Source: an uncultured Methanosarcinales archaeon (GTDB taxonomy: Archaea; Nanobdellota; Nanobdellia; Woesearchaeales; JACJVV01). Taken from it: DNA of 64,000 nt. Below, piece by piece: positions 20,542-31,083 of this stretch; the first letter of the stretch is position 1; every line of letters begins with the position of its first letter. The translations under genes and the position numbers were made by a program. The notes below the pieces were generated by a model. It was not told the DNA's origin, did not search any database, and worked only from the letters and a program-made list of their open reading frames with translations. The DNA lies in assembly GCA_964581515.1 (NCBI GenBank), contig CAZOOV010000001.1:180823-244822 (forward strand), read 5' to 3'.

Positions 20542-20792
20542 GGTTAGACCCCCCATTAATTAGGTTTAATCCATTTTCACCCCCTTATACCATGTGCAAA
20601 AATTACTAGTATATAAATGTTTCTATTTTTTTGCTACTTTAGAGTCGTAAATCGTAATGATTGAGGGAAACAGAACCTATATTGAGTAAGAAAATCCAAA
20701 AAAAGGAGAATTAAGAAGACATAGAAAAGATATAATGATAGAGATGTAGAAGAATATATGATATAAACCAGAGGACTAACTTTAAGTTTAAC

Positions 20793-21875
20793 CTAGAAAA
20801 TCTTTCTTATGAATTTATCTAAAACATTGTAATATAAGAGTAAAGAGTCTTTTTTTACAAACTCATTACTTCTATGAAGATTTGCGCCCCTTGGACCAAA
20901 GTTAACAACAGGAATACCTTTTGCAGTAAAGAATTTTCCATCAGAACTTGCACATCCTTTTTGATATTTTACTCTTCGAGAAGTATTTCTTTGCATTATC
21001 TTCTTTAATTCTCGCACATAAGGATTTTTTACTGATGTAAAAAGCATACCCCTATTAATTATTACTTTATACTTTATTTTTTGTTTTTTTAGTAGAGATA
21101 GAATCTTTTTGTTGGTAATATCTTCAGTTGTTCTAAAGTCCACTATCATTTCAGCTTTTGAAGGAGTGACATTATAAGGGCTAGTTGCCATAAAATTAGT
21201 AGGATTTATACTGACTTTCCATTTTTTCTTACTTGTTGCCAAATCCAACTCTGAAATAAGTTTATAGTATTGTTTCATAAGTTTCTCAATAGCATTACAT
21301 CCAATCCAGGGTTTTGAACCATGTGAACTACTACCATATGCTGTTAATTTAACTTGCATTGAACCCTTATGACGTGTCTGGACATGAAGATTAGTAGATT
21401 CACCGATTATTGCAAAATGTGATCGATATTTCCTAAGCAAATACTGCGTACCATATTCTCCGCCAGTCTCTTCATCTGAGACAATCATTAATGCTAAATT
21501 TGGTTTTTTCTTAGTCTTAGATAAATTCTTCATAAGCACCATCATTACAGCAACAGCTGCTTTCATATCACAAGTCCCTCTACCATAGAGCATATTCTTA
21601 TTCTTTTGCAGAGTAAATAATGATTCATTTCCTTCAATAACATCTATATGACCATTTAAGATTAGACCAAACTTTCTTTTTTTCTTAAAAGAAATAATCA
21701 AAGATGGTTTCTCTTTATAGACCCATTCTGTAATTAACACACCAGAACCCATAAAATATTCTTTGATATAATCTAAACAAGCTTGCATCTCAAAAACACG
21801 ATCTTCTGTACTCCTAAAAGATATTAATTTAGCAGTAACTTCTAAGATTTCTTTTTCTAAGTATTCTTCTTTCAT
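20793..21875 (-). CDS. M20/ArgE-DapE family metallo-hydrolase
   Basis: LNGHIDVI, LYGRGTCDMKAA, SDEETGG, HGSKPW, GIPVVNFGP, LHRSNE. Confidence 0.92.
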   Translation of the reverse strand: MKEEYLEKEILEVTAKLISFRSTEDRVFEMQACLDYIKEYFMGSGVLITEWVYKEKPSLIISFKKKRKFGLILNGHIDVIEGNESLFTLQKNKNMLYGRGTCDMKAAVAVMMVLMKNLSKTKKKPNLALMIVSDEETGGEYGTQYLLRKYRSHFAIIGESTNLHVQTRHKGSMQVKLTAYGSSSHGSKPWIGCNAIEKLMKQYYKLISELDLATSKKKWKVSINPTNFMATSPYNVTPSKAEMIVDFRTTEDITNKKILSLLKKQKIKYKVIINRGMLFTSVKNPYVRELKKIMQRNTSRRVKYQKGCASSDGKFFTAKGIPVVNFGPRGANLHRSNEFVKKDSLLLYYNVLDKFIRKIF

Positions 21876-21980
21876 GATATAATCTCAAATTATAGGAGAT
21901 TTCTTTTTAAATTTAGTGTTTTTAGATATAATTTTTCTGATTACATAAATTATTTAAATAAAGCAGAGGCAGTAGAAGAT

Positions 21981-22652
21981 ATGAGAACAGTTGTATTATC
22001 ATTAGGAGGATCATTGATAGTGCCAGATGCTATTGATATAGATTTTCTTAAAGGATTTAAGAAATTAATAAATGATTTTATTGTAGATAATAGAGTCATC
22101 ATCGTATGTGGTGGTGGAAAAGTATGCAGAAATTACCAGAATGCATTAGGTGAGTTGAGTGATGTAGATAATGATGCAAAAGATTGGGTAGGAATTGCTG
22201 CTAGCAGACTTAATGCTGAGCTTGTCAAGCAGATGTTTGGCAGTGAAGCATATGAAAAAACGATCATAGATCCAACTCAGAGGATAGAGACTGATAAAAA
22301 AATCATTGTAGCTGCTGGATGGAAACCTGGATTTTCTACTGATATGGACGCAGTTGAACTAGCAAAACAGTTTGATGCTTCTGAAGTACTTAATATCTCA
22401 AACGCAGACCATGTATATAACAAGGATCCAAATAAATTTGATGATGCAAAACCATATGACAAATTATCCTGGAAAGAGTTCTTTGAGATAGTTGGAACAG
22501 AGTGGAAACCCGGACTTAACGCTCCTTTTGACCCTATTGCTAGCAAAGAAGCTGAGAGGACAAATATTGTTGTTAAAATACTAGGTAAAGATATAAATAA
22601 TCTTAATTCTTGCATACAAGGAAATAAGTTTGATGGAACAACGATAGAATAA
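21981..22652 (+). CDS. pyrH: Archaeal UMP kinase
   Basis: VLSLGGS, VCGGGKVCRNYQ, PGFSTDMDAV, VYNKDPNKF, PFDPIAS. Confidence 0.95.
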   Translation: MRTVVLSLGGSLIVPDAIDIDFLKGFKKLINDFIVDNRVIIVCGGGKVCRNYQNALGELSDVDNDAKDWVGIAASRLNAELVKQMFGSEAYEKTIIDPTQRIETDKKIIVAAGWKPGFSTDMDAVELAKQFDASEVLNISNADHVYNKDPNKFDDAKPYDKLSWKEFFEIVGTEWKPGLNAPFDPIASKEAERTNIVVKILGKDINNLNSCIQGNKFDGTTIE

Positions 22653-22684
22653 ATTCAATTAAGATAATTTCTAAATAAATTTAT

Positions 22685-22764
22685 AAAAAGTCTACTTGCA
22701 CGGCGAAACCATAATTATCCATAAATAGGATAATTATCGCCTCAATGGGCAAAGTTGACTTTTT
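22685..22764. repeat. Multi-hairpin palindromic element, copy 2
   Basis: AAAAAGTCTACTTGCACGGCG...ATAATTATCC-loop-GGATAATTATCGCCTCA...GCAAAGTTGACTTTTT, between convergent genes. Confidence 0.85.
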
Positions 22765-22815
22765 ATTCAATATAAACAGATAATATTTCTTAATAAAATA
22801 ATAAAACGTATTTTC

Positions 22816-23124
22816 TTAATAAGGATAATTTCTTTCTGATATTATCTTAATTTTTGCTTCTAAATTCTTGACTTTTTTCTTAGTTTTAGGAAAAGTCACG
22901 TTTTGATCAAATTTCCAAGAATGTTTGCCATCCCAATCATCGTGACCAGAACCTAAGAAATCTACAGGAATTGTAATATGACGATTACAATTAGGACAAA
23001 AAGTAGATTTATACATCTGTACACCTTCGTGAATAGTCTCCCAAGAAATCTTATCAAACGTCGTAGAGCAATACATGCATTGCCTTTTAAAATCTAAAAT
23101 GTTAAAGCTATGATGTAGTGTCAT
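22816..23124 (-). CDS. Zinc-ribbon hypothetical protein
   Basis: CMYC...CPNC pair followed by GSGHDDW. Confidence 0.7.
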   Translation of the reverse strand: MTLHHSFNILDFKRQCMYCSTTFDKISWETIHEGVQMYKSTFCPNCNRHITIPVDFLGSGHDDWDGKHSWKFDQNVTFPKTKKKVKNLEAKIKIISERNYPY

Positions 23125-23225
23125 TGCATTTCACTTCTATACATATAATAATTCAATACCTGTTTAAAAGATTTATTGTTGAATAACGGTAATTTTGTAA
23201 CATAGTATGAAAAGTATTTAAAGAA

Positions 23226-23999
23226 GTGAATGTTTTTTATGATATTATGGATGTAGACGAATTTAAACAAATAAGAAAACAATGCTTAGATCTAACAAAA
23301 CAAAAGATTAGAGATAGTGTTGATTATGATACTTTAATCATACAAACAATATCTAGTATAGATGAGATTGAGCCTATAGTAAACAAGATAATAACCAGAG
23401 TAAGAGAATGGTATTCATGGCACAATCCTGAATTCTCTAGAAAGCTATCAAATCCAGATAAATTTATTGAGCTTATATTAAAAAAAGACAAGAAGACATT
23501 ACTAAATGAGATTAATGTAAAAGAAAGCATGGGAAAGGACTTTGGTAAAGATGATCTAGATGCAATATTTTGTTTAGCAGAGCAAGCACAAGAACTAGTT
23601 AAAACAAGAGATAAAGAAAAAAATTATCTAGAAAAATGCCTTAAGAAGCATTGTCCTAACTTACTTGATGTACTTGGCGTTAGCCTAAGTGCAAAAGTAA
23701 TAAAACATACAGGTAGTCTTAAGAAATTAGCAATGATTCCTGCACCGGTAATACAAATAATGGGTGCTGAAAAAGCATTATTTAAACACTTAAGCAAAAA
23801 AGGAAAAAGTCCAAAATATGGTATGTTATTTGCCCACCCACTCATAGGAGTAGTAGATAAGAGACAAAAAGGAAAGATGGCAAGAGCAATTGCAGATAAA
23901 GCAGCAATAGCTGCAAGACTTGATCTATTCAAAGGAGAATATATGGGTCCAAAGTTCAAAATATTACTTGAGAAAAAAGCGAAGGAACTAAATAATTAA
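23226..23999 (+). CDS. Nop5/Nop56-58 C/D box sRNP protein
   Basis: VREWYSWHNPE, HCPNL, IQIMGAEKALFKHL, PKYGMLF, GKMARAIADKAAIAARLD. Confidence 0.92.
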   Translation: MNVFYDIMDVDEFKQIRKQCLDLTKQKIRDSVDYDTLIIQTISSIDEIEPIVNKIITRVREWYSWHNPEFSRKLSNPDKFIELILKKDKKTLLNEINVKESMGKDFGKDDLDAIFCLAEQAQELVKTRDKEKNYLEKCLKKHCPNLLDVLGVSLSAKVIKHTGSLKKLAMIPAPVIQIMGAEKALFKHLSKKGKSPKYGMLFAHPLIGVVDKRQKGKMARAIADKAAIAARLDLFKGEYMGPKFKILLEKKAKELNN

Positions 24000-24134
24000 A
24001 ATAATATAGAAAAATATAATTAATATAAAAAATTATAAAAAAGAATATAATAGTAATGAGTAAAGATATAAAAGTAATAAGAAAATAAAATATAATATTA
24101 AACTAATAAAATAATAGTTCTAAATCATCTCAAT

Positions 24135-26441
24135 TTAAATCATTTCAGCGCCAATAGATTTGTTTAATATGCTCATTGCAATAGTATTAAATATGAGTAT
24201 TACAATTGCTGTTAAGAGCGCGTAAAGAATAGTTGAGCGAAGAAGATTTCTTCCAACTAAATTCTCTTCAGTTAACTTATCATCACCATTAGATATTCCT
24301 GCAATTGTCTTTGAAATAATAAAAACTACTTGTACTATGTATAAACCAACTACTATCTGAAAAAAATAAGTAGGGATTCCATCACCAAACATACTTGTCA
24401 AGCCTTCCATACCACTTGCTTGCTCAGAACCCACCTCTATATTCTGAATAGAACTTGAAAGTGTACCAATAATATTAGTTATCATAGCAGTTATACCAAC
24501 AACAATACCAGAGATTACAGGAGCTAAGAATTTTATCAAAGAGTTCATAGAAGAGATTACTTCTCCAAGAAGATCCTTAAGCCTTTCTTCAACAGCATGC
24601 ATCTCTTTAACATATCTTGCAATATTACTCATCGCTTTAGCTGCAATCAATGGACCTTTCTTGATAGATTCTGTCAAAACCTTCATAGTAGAAAGTATTA
24701 ATGAAGAAGGAAAATATTGGATTGCTCCAATCTTCTCATCGAATATAGCCTGTTCAGGCGACATCCCTAGACGTCTGATATTTTGATCAATAATACCAAA
24801 GAATTTTCCTGATTTTGAATCCTGCATGACCTCCACTACTTTACTAAATGACATTTCCAAGGGGATTCCATCTCCCAACCTATTCCCAAGTTGGAATACT
24901 GCTGATCCAAACTCGTCTTCTAATTGTCTTGTCTGTTCACGTATTATTACAATATCTTTTGTTTTAAGAGTATAATATATGCCAACACCAACTCCAAAAG
25001 ACAGTATCAAACAAATACCCAAGAGAGTTGCAATAACACCATAAGGACCTTTATAGATTGGATTTCCATCTTCATCTGCTCCACCTTCACGATAATCAAG
25101 TACAGACATACCTGGTTCTCCTAAATCTACATTTCTCCCAATATAAATATCATTTCCATCTCCTAAAGCAAGATTTAAAATTAAAGGGGATACACCAAGT
25201 AAAAAAAGCGGGATTGCGACAAGTAATGCAGCAAATAAAGGAGTAAATTTGATTCCAAAATGTTTCTTATGTTTCTTCCTTTCCTCAATTACAAGAGGAT
25301 TATCCTCTGATATATCATTCCCACCATAACCTCCTGGCCGCTCTGATAAGATCTTTTTCCCAACAAAATAAACAGAGATAGGTATGACTACATTATATAA
25401 TATCGATAAATGATACCATCGAACACTTTCCATAAAACTTACTACGAGAGGAAGGATTACAAGACCAAGTATCGGAAGGATTACCCCAAGCATATGAAGC
25501 GTACTGATAGGAGATTGAATATCATGAGAATAATGGAGCATCTTCTCATATGTCTCTGAAAGAATCACATCAAGAGCCTTATCAAGTAGAGCTATACGAT
25601 TCTCTTCTTTTCCCTCATATAATGAGGATTCAATAAGATTAATACCTTCTAAGAATTCACTGTTTGTCTTTCTCCATTTTTCCATATAAACATCTAATGA
25701 TTCCTTTATAGTACCATATTTCTGGGATTCAACATCCCATAATACCTTCTTAAGTTCTACAGCAAGAGGACCAGAAAGATGATCACCTGCAAACTCAATT
25801 GCTTTCTCAAGATTTGAGTTCTGACGCATATATGTTACAATATAAAATACACAAATGACAATCTCTTTACTACTTTTCAACCGCCATATGCTAGCAAATA
25901 TGGCAGGAAGTTTTGTCAATGGAATCATAATACCAATTGCTGCTAATAAAAAGAATGAGATAAAGAAAAGATCACCATTCAAAAGAAATATAGATGTAAG
26001 AAGACCAACAACCATAAATATAATTGGGCCAATTATAGCAAAAGCAAAAGTATCTTCAGGTGTAATATTCATATGACAAGTATCAAGCGCTGCCTGTATC
26101 TCTGGCTTCATCTTCTCTCCTGGATTTATTTTTGCAATACTACCTGAAAATTGACATGCTTTCTCATATAAAGAATGCATTGCAGGCTTGTTTTCCTTCA
26201 GAAATTGCCTAAATTCAGGACTAGAGATAAACTGTTCATCAGAATCCATAAATTCTTCTGCTGTCTTCTTTTGTTCTATTAACTTGCCTTTCTTATCTTT
26301 CTTGCCTTTCTTGTCTTTCTTCTTTATTTTATCACTTATTTTCTTTTTCTCAGATATAATATCTTGCTCAATAGCGTTAGTACTACCTGCATCATATTTA
26401 CTCATTGCTTTTCTTATCTCTTCAGGTGATATTTTGTCCAT
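24135..26441 (-). CDS. Type IV pilus/Tad inner-membrane platform protein (two T2SSF-like halves)
   Basis: Multi-TM; NLEKAIEFAGDHLSGPLAVELKK and QLGNRLGDGIPLE halves; directly downstream of the ATPase. Confidence 0.85.
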   Translation of the reverse strand: MDKISPEEIRKAMSKYDAGSTNAIEQDIISEKKKISDKIKKKDKKGKKDKKGKLIEQKKTAEEFMDSDEQFISSPEFRQFLKENKPAMHSLYEKACQFSGSIAKINPGEKMKPEIQAALDTCHMNITPEDTFAFAIIGPIIFMVVGLLTSIFLLNGDLFFISFFLLAAIGIMIPLTKLPAIFASIWRLKSSKEIVICVFYIVTYMRQNSNLEKAIEFAGDHLSGPLAVELKKVLWDVESQKYGTIKESLDVYMEKWRKTNSEFLEGINLIESSLYEGKEENRIALLDKALDVILSETYEKMLHYSHDIQSPISTLHMLGVILPILGLVILPLVVSFMESVRWYHLSILYNVVIPISVYFVGKKILSERPGGYGGNDISEDNPLVIEERKKHKKHFGIKFTPLFAALLVAIPLFLLGVSPLILNLALGDGNDIYIGRNVDLGEPGMSVLDYREGGADEDGNPIYKGPYGVIATLLGICLILSFGVGVGIYYTLKTKDIVIIREQTRQLEDEFGSAVFQLGNRLGDGIPLEMSFSKVVEVMQDSKSGKFFGIIDQNIRRLGMSPEQAIFDEKIGAIQYFPSSLILSTMKVLTESIKKGPLIAAKAMSNIARYVKEMHAVEERLKDLLGEVISSMNSLIKFLAPVISGIVVGITAMITNIIGTLSSSIQNIEVGSEQASGMEGLTSMFGDGIPTYFFQIVVGLYIVQVVFIISKTIAGISNGDDKLTEENLVGRNLLRSTILYALLTAIVILIFNTIAMSILNKSIGAEMI

Positions 26442-26455
26442 TTTTATTTATTTTC

Positions 26456-28747
26456 TTATTTATTTATTCTTGAAAGATTATTCTTCTTAATCGTTTTCTT
26501 AAGCCATTCATTCCATTCATAGAAAATTCTTTTAGTATCAAGGGTACCTACTTCTTCTTTGACAGAATCACTGATTTTATGGAAAAAATCATTACATAAA
26601 ACTGTAAACTTAGCCTCTAACAAATCAGGATTCTTTACTTTTTCAGCCATATCTACTTGTGTCTGTTTAATTTTAGCTCTAAGTTCAATACTTTCCCAAA
26701 TAGCGTCCCAATTATTTGCATATTCTTTAATATTTGATGCTATTGTCTTTAATATCTCTGATTCACCATTCTTTAATTCTGCACTTACCTTCAACTCATC
26801 AGTCTTAGGGTCATATTTCATAAGATCAGTAAAGCCATGTTCAATCAATGGATCATTCACCCAATTCTTTCCCATCTCTGTTATCTGTGTGACTCTCCTA
26901 AACTTATGCAAGCCATCTGCACTTCTGATTGGATTTGCAACAATAATAACATCTGTAGCTTTGAAAGAAGTACTTGGAACACCTATATCATTGACAACAC
27001 GGTCATAAATACCATATGGACTATCACCATGAATAGTTCCTGCGACAGTATTTGCTGCTGCACCAACACGCATAGCTTCATACAAGGCTTTTGCCTCTTC
27101 ACTTCTTACTTCTCCTACAATCAAAGCTGAATCTCCTAACCTTAAAGTTGAACGAATACCATCTGACGCTGTCATCTCTGTAGTGTTCTTTGTCAAAGAT
27201 GATGCTACTTGAAGCGGCTGGATATTGAATCCTAATTTTCTCAAGTGAGGAGTAGGAAGTTCTAATGTATCTTCAATAGTAATAATACGATACTTCCTCA
27301 TTATATCAACAAGAACTGCAGAAAGCAAAGAAGATTTACCTGAACTTCTTGTTCCTGCTATCAACATAGTCCTTGTTCCGTCAATCAGAAAGGAAATAAG
27401 ACCTGCTGCAAATGAATTAATCATTTTTGCTTTTATGAAAAGTGGCAAAGTCCATGGTTTATCCCTATGACGCCTAAAAGAGAATGCTAGTCCTGTAGGA
27501 TCAAGTGGTCTAGTAACTGCCGATACACGAGTTGACGCTCCAGGTAACTCTAATTCTGTATCAAGGATGGGATTTGCTTCATCTAAAGGACGTCCTGACA
27601 TAAGACGTAGTTTTGTTGCCCAAGATTCTACCTCCCTTAATGTAGGGATTATGTTTGTTTTACAATCATCATAATCTTGATGAACGATAAACATAGGAAT
27701 AATTCCAGGAGGTGAGTTAATACTGATATCCTGAATTCTTTCATCAGAAAGAAGAACTTCTATCAATCCAAAACCGACAGTATATCTTACAAGAATTCTT
27801 GTAAGTTTTGCTACTTCTTTCTCAGTCATGGTCATATTCCTGTATGTTGCAAGCTCTTCTATGAGGTCATGACTGATATTGTAGAATACTTCTCTCATTC
27901 TTTCTGGATTTACAAACTCAGATTTTGTAGGTTTGTGTTCTGCCATGACTTGTCTGGCAATGTCAAGTATTTCATATTGTTCTTCATCCAGTTTAAATTC
28001 AGGAGGAAGAATATGGTAAAGATATTGTACAGTCTCAGGAACCTTGAAGACAGTAATCTCTATATCATCATCAACTGTGTAAGAATCTATCTCTTCACCA
28101 TCTAAAGGATAATCTGCCATAAGTTTAGTAAACATAAAGTCTGGTTTTATTGTTGGTGAGAAAATCCTTTGATATAAGTCTCTATTTCCTGGCTTAAAAC
28201 CTGAAAGAAAAGGCTGCACTATCACTATAAGTTTTGTCTTATCCATAAGAGATATAATATACTTCAAAAGCATGAAATATTTCTTATCATGTGGCGCTTG
28301 TGCATTTTGTTCATTATCTGCTGATTCTCTCCTATATATCCTCTTTAACATAACATATGCACTTACAGGATCTTCTTTAATCTTTCTGAATACAATATTT
28401 TGCAGTTCAATATACCTTTGACTGTAAAAAGTATTAAAACTAGCATCTTGAGAAGAAAGATTTGAGATCTGAAACAAATCCTTTTGCTTTAGAAGTTTCT
28501 TATATATCTGTGCTATCTCAACCAAAAGTTTAGTCTGTGCATAATCGTATTCATAATCTCTTTTTTGATAGAAAACAATCTTTGTCACATCACCTACATC
28601 AATAATAGCGTCCACCACTAGTGACATAGCCTCTTCATTATCTTCAACTGAAGGAATCTCACCATAAGTCTCATAATCAATCCTAAGAATTACATCTTCT
28701 GCTTCTCTGATTATTTCATATTTTTTCTTTTTTTCGAAGAGTGGCAT
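26456..28747 (-). CDS. Type II/IV secretion (CpaF/TadA/VirB11-like) ATPase
   Basis: AGTRSSGKSS, ITIEDTLEL, LIVGEVRSEEA, GTIHGDS. Confidence 0.93.
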   Translation of the reverse strand: MPLFEKKKKYEIIREAEDVILRIDYETYGEIPSVEDNEEAMSLVVDAIIDVGDVTKIVFYQKRDYEYDYAQTKLLVEIAQIYKKLLKQKDLFQISNLSSQDASFNTFYSQRYIELQNIVFRKIKEDPVSAYVMLKRIYRRESADNEQNAQAPHDKKYFMLLKYIISLMDKTKLIVIVQPFLSGFKPGNRDLYQRIFSPTIKPDFMFTKLMADYPLDGEEIDSYTVDDDIEITVFKVPETVQYLYHILPPEFKLDEEQYEILDIARQVMAEHKPTKSEFVNPERMREVFYNISHDLIEELATYRNMTMTEKEVAKLTRILVRYTVGFGLIEVLLSDERIQDISINSPPGIIPMFIVHQDYDDCKTNIIPTLREVESWATKLRLMSGRPLDEANPILDTELELPGASTRVSAVTRPLDPTGLAFSFRRHRDKPWTLPLFIKAKMINSFAAGLISFLIDGTRTMLIAGTRSSGKSSLLSAVLVDIMRKYRIITIEDTLELPTPHLRKLGFNIQPLQVASSLTKNTTEMTASDGIRSTLRLGDSALIVGEVRSEEAKALYEAMRVGAAANTVAGTIHGDSPYGIYDRVVNDIGVPSTSFKATDVIIVANPIRSADGLHKFRRVTQITEMGKNWVNDPLIEHGFTDLMKYDPKTDELKVSAELKNGESEILKTIASNIKEYANNWDAIWESIELRAKIKQTQVDMAEKVKNPDLLEAKFTVLCNDFFHKISDSVKEEVGTLDTKRIFYEWNEWLKKTIKKNNLSRINK

Positions 28748-28756
28748 GTAAAAATA

Positions 28757-28924
28757 TCACCTCTTTTTTGTCGCCTTCTTTTCCTGGGAGATTTGTGATT
28801 TGAATTGTTCAAGTGCAATTTCAATGATATGTGATTTATTCCTATAAATAGAAGTATTCTTTGATAATCCATCAAGCCAATCAATCAGATCTTTGTCTAT
28901 TGTTGCAGAGATAGGTTTTTTCAT
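28757..28924 (-). CDS. Ribbon-helix-helix regulator
   Basis: Not in the track. Manual translation MKKPISATIDKDLIDWLDGLSKNTSIYRNKSHIIEIALEQFKSQISQEKKATKKR (55 aa); its stop overlaps the GAGGTGA RBS of the ATPase. Confidence 0.8.
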   Translation of the reverse strand: MKKPISATIDKDLIDWLDGLSKNTSIYRNKSHIIEIALEQFKSQISQEKKATKKR

Positions 28925-29039
28925 CTTATTAAAACATAATATAAAATAATAGTTTATATAAGTTTCTATTATAATATATATAACATAATATGTTTTTTTG
29001 CAGTGATGATTTTCTAGCGAAAACTACTGAACAGAGTTC

Positions 29040-29061
29040 ATACTTTTCTATCGAAAAGTAT
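29040..29061. promoter_or_regulatory. Palindrome in divergent intergenic region (candidate operator)
   Basis: ATACTTTTC-TATC-GAAAAGTAT. Confidence 0.35.
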
Positions 29062-29091
29062 ATAATGTAATACGCCTAAATTCCTATTAGC

Positions 29092-29577
29092 ATGGAATTA
29101 TTCAAGAAAAAAGAAGAGCAACCACCAGCACAAGATGCTCCGAATGCTGCACCTGAGCAAAAAAGCGGAGGTCTTGGAGGACTTTTCCAAGGTGGGAAAC
29201 AAAATGAACAACAGCAAGCAGCAGGAGCGGACGCTTCAAAAGAAATGAATACCTTGTCAAGAAGGATGAGGATTAATGAAGAAAGATCTGTAAACATAAG
29301 AAAAAAAACACAGATGATAGAACATAATATGATAACTAATCATAAAAAACTATTAAGTGAGATAAAGTATGTAAATGAAGAGATAGCAGATATCAAAAGA
29401 GAATTTGAAGAGTTAAAAGCACATGTAAGGAGCTTTTCAAGAGAACTCCAAGAGTCTGCAAAGAAAGAAGACGTACAAGTGCTTGAAAGATATATTAATT
29501 TATGGCAACCTGTTGAATTTGTCACAAGAAATGAAGTAGAGAAAATAGTTAAAGAAATAATGAATCAAAAGCAATAA
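29092..29577 (+). CDS. Coiled-coil protein
   Basis: MELFKKK N-terminus, low-complexity linker, heptads, C-terminal LERYINLWQPVEFVT. Confidence 0.8.
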   Translation: MELFKKKEEQPPAQDAPNAAPEQKSGGLGGLFQGGKQNEQQQAAGADASKEMNTLSRRMRINEERSVNIRKKTQMIEHNMITNHKKLLSEIKYVNEEIADIKREFEELKAHVRSFSRELQESAKKEDVQVLERYINLWQPVEFVTRNEVEKIVKEIMNQKQ

Positions 29578-29660
29578 TAATCGTTAAGTGTGATTTATAA
29601 ATAATAATAAGTTTTAAATATGAGTGATTTTTAAATAAGATAAATAAGATATGATATAAA

Positions 29661-30314
29661 ATGGATGATCCTAACTCGCCTTTGAATTCAAATGTGCCTT
29701 TACCGAAGATATTAGAACTACGCGCACAAGGTACACCAAATAATCAGATAATTCAAATTCTACAAAACGAAGGATATAGCAGTGATCAAATATTTGATGC
29801 CATGAATCAAGCAGATATGCAGCAGAATATTGGACAAGGAATGGCTGCACCTGAGACTGCTCCACAGCAAGAAGGTATGGAAAATCCTATGCAAATGCAA
29901 CCAGAAGGATATGGTGGTTATGAACAACAACAAGGATATGCACAGCCAGGAGCTGGAGGAATGGGTATGGGCGATCCCAACAGAGAGATGATTGAAGAGA
30001 CTGCTGAAGCAATAATCAATGAAAAATGGAAACAAATAGGAGGAAGTATGCAAAAGCTTACTGAATCTAAGGATAAAATAGAGCATCAAGTAAACAAATT
30101 AGAAGCTGATTTTAAACATCTTCAGGATAATTTTGACAAACTACATCAAGCATTGATTGGAAAAATAGGTGAATATGACCAAAATATCCTTAATGTGGGA
30201 ACTGAAATAAAAGCTATGGAAAAAGTATTCCAAAAGATACTCCCTACATTCACTGAGAATGTCAATGAACTCTCAAGAATGACACAAAGAGTAAAAGAAG
30301 GACATAAAGAATAA
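29661..30314 (+). CDS. Coiled-coil protein with Gln/Gly/Met-rich linker
   Basis: Small N-terminal helical domain, disordered linker, long C-terminal coiled coil. Confidence 0.8.
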   Translation: MDDPNSPLNSNVPLPKILELRAQGTPNNQIIQILQNEGYSSDQIFDAMNQADMQQNIGQGMAAPETAPQQEGMENPMQMQPEGYGGYEQQQGYAQPGAGGMGMGDPNREMIEETAEAIINEKWKQIGGSMQKLTESKDKIEHQVNKLEADFKHLQDNFDKLHQALIGKIGEYDQNILNVGTEIKAMEKVFQKILPTFTENVNELSRMTQRVKEGHKE

Positions 30315-30335
30315 TTCTGTTTAATATTTAAATAA

Positions 30336-30351
30336 GCAAAGCGGACTTTTT
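30336..30351. repeat. Solitary right end of the multi-hairpin element
   Basis: GCAAAGCGGACTTTTT vs GCAAAGCTGACTTTTT of copy 1; between convergent genes. Confidence 0.55.
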
Positions 30352-30392
30352 ACTTGTTATATAATAAAAATATAAGAGAATTCTTTCAAGTC

Positions 30393-30992
30393 TTAGCTTC
30401 TGGTCATGAAAAGAACTGTAAATGTAGCAATAAGACCGATTAATGCAAAACCCAAGATTGTAGGATGAAATAATGTCTTTGTCAAATTACTTTGATAATC
30501 ACTTTTAGGTATTGCCCCAGGTGGAAGATCATTAATAACTTCTCCTTCAGGAGTAGTATAGGTACCATCTAAATTCTGAGAATATCCTGGTTGTTCTTCA
30601 AGCAAATCTTGACCAAAAACATTTCCTAAACCCACTGCAACAATAACAATTGCAATAAATATTAAAATCCAAGAGATCCCTCTATATTCACTCATAACAC
30701 TCATTATTTGAGCGTCACTAACACCCATTGATTTAAATCCTATCAAAACAAAGATTATAAAGAAGAATAACACCATAAACCAAGGGGTCATGAATGAAAG
30801 CATACCAGATACTTGCGGACTAATAAGAACTAAGACAGAAGCACATAACGCTATAAAAACATTAACAAATGTGTTCTTTCCAAGTGCATGAGTATATTCA
30901 AGTATAGCAAAAAGGAGTAAGAGAACAAGTAGAGCCGGCATAAACCTGCTCAAACCTTCAACCAAGACTATACCCGATAAGAGATCTGCCAT
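30393..30992 (-). CDS. Multi-pass membrane protein, paralogue 3
   Basis: PALLVLLLLFAILEYTHALG motif. Confidence 0.8.
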   Translation of the reverse strand: MADLLSGIVLVEGLSRFMPALLVLLLLFAILEYTHALGKNTFVNVFIALCASVLVLISPQVSGMLSFMTPWFMVLFFFIIFVLIGFKSMGVSDAQIMSVMSEYRGISWILIFIAIVIVAVGLGNVFGQDLLEEQPGYSQNLDGTYTTPEGEVINDLPPGAIPKSDYQSNLTKTLFHPTILGFALIGLIATFTVLFMTRS

Positions 30993-31053
30993 TTTTCATT
31001 AATTGTTTATGGAGAAATAAATAAAAAATAAAAACCTCCTAAGAGATTTTTAA

Positions 31054-31074
31054 TCTTGCTTTAATAAAGCAAGA
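31054..31074 (-). terminator. Hairpin followed by T-rich tract
   Basis: TCTTGCTTT-AAT-AAAGCAAGA just after the stop of 31084..31683. Confidence 0.4.
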
Positions 31075-31083
31075 AATAAAAAT

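Noticed and set aside
24135-28747. Archaellum (arlI/arlJ) locus
   Set aside because: No archaellin, ArlH, ArlF or ArlG-like genes in the window; treated as a T4P/Tad-type motor
448-28747. Inteins in aIF5B, RFC-L or the secretion ATPase
   Set aside because: Conserved motifs are contiguous and there are no intein-like insertions
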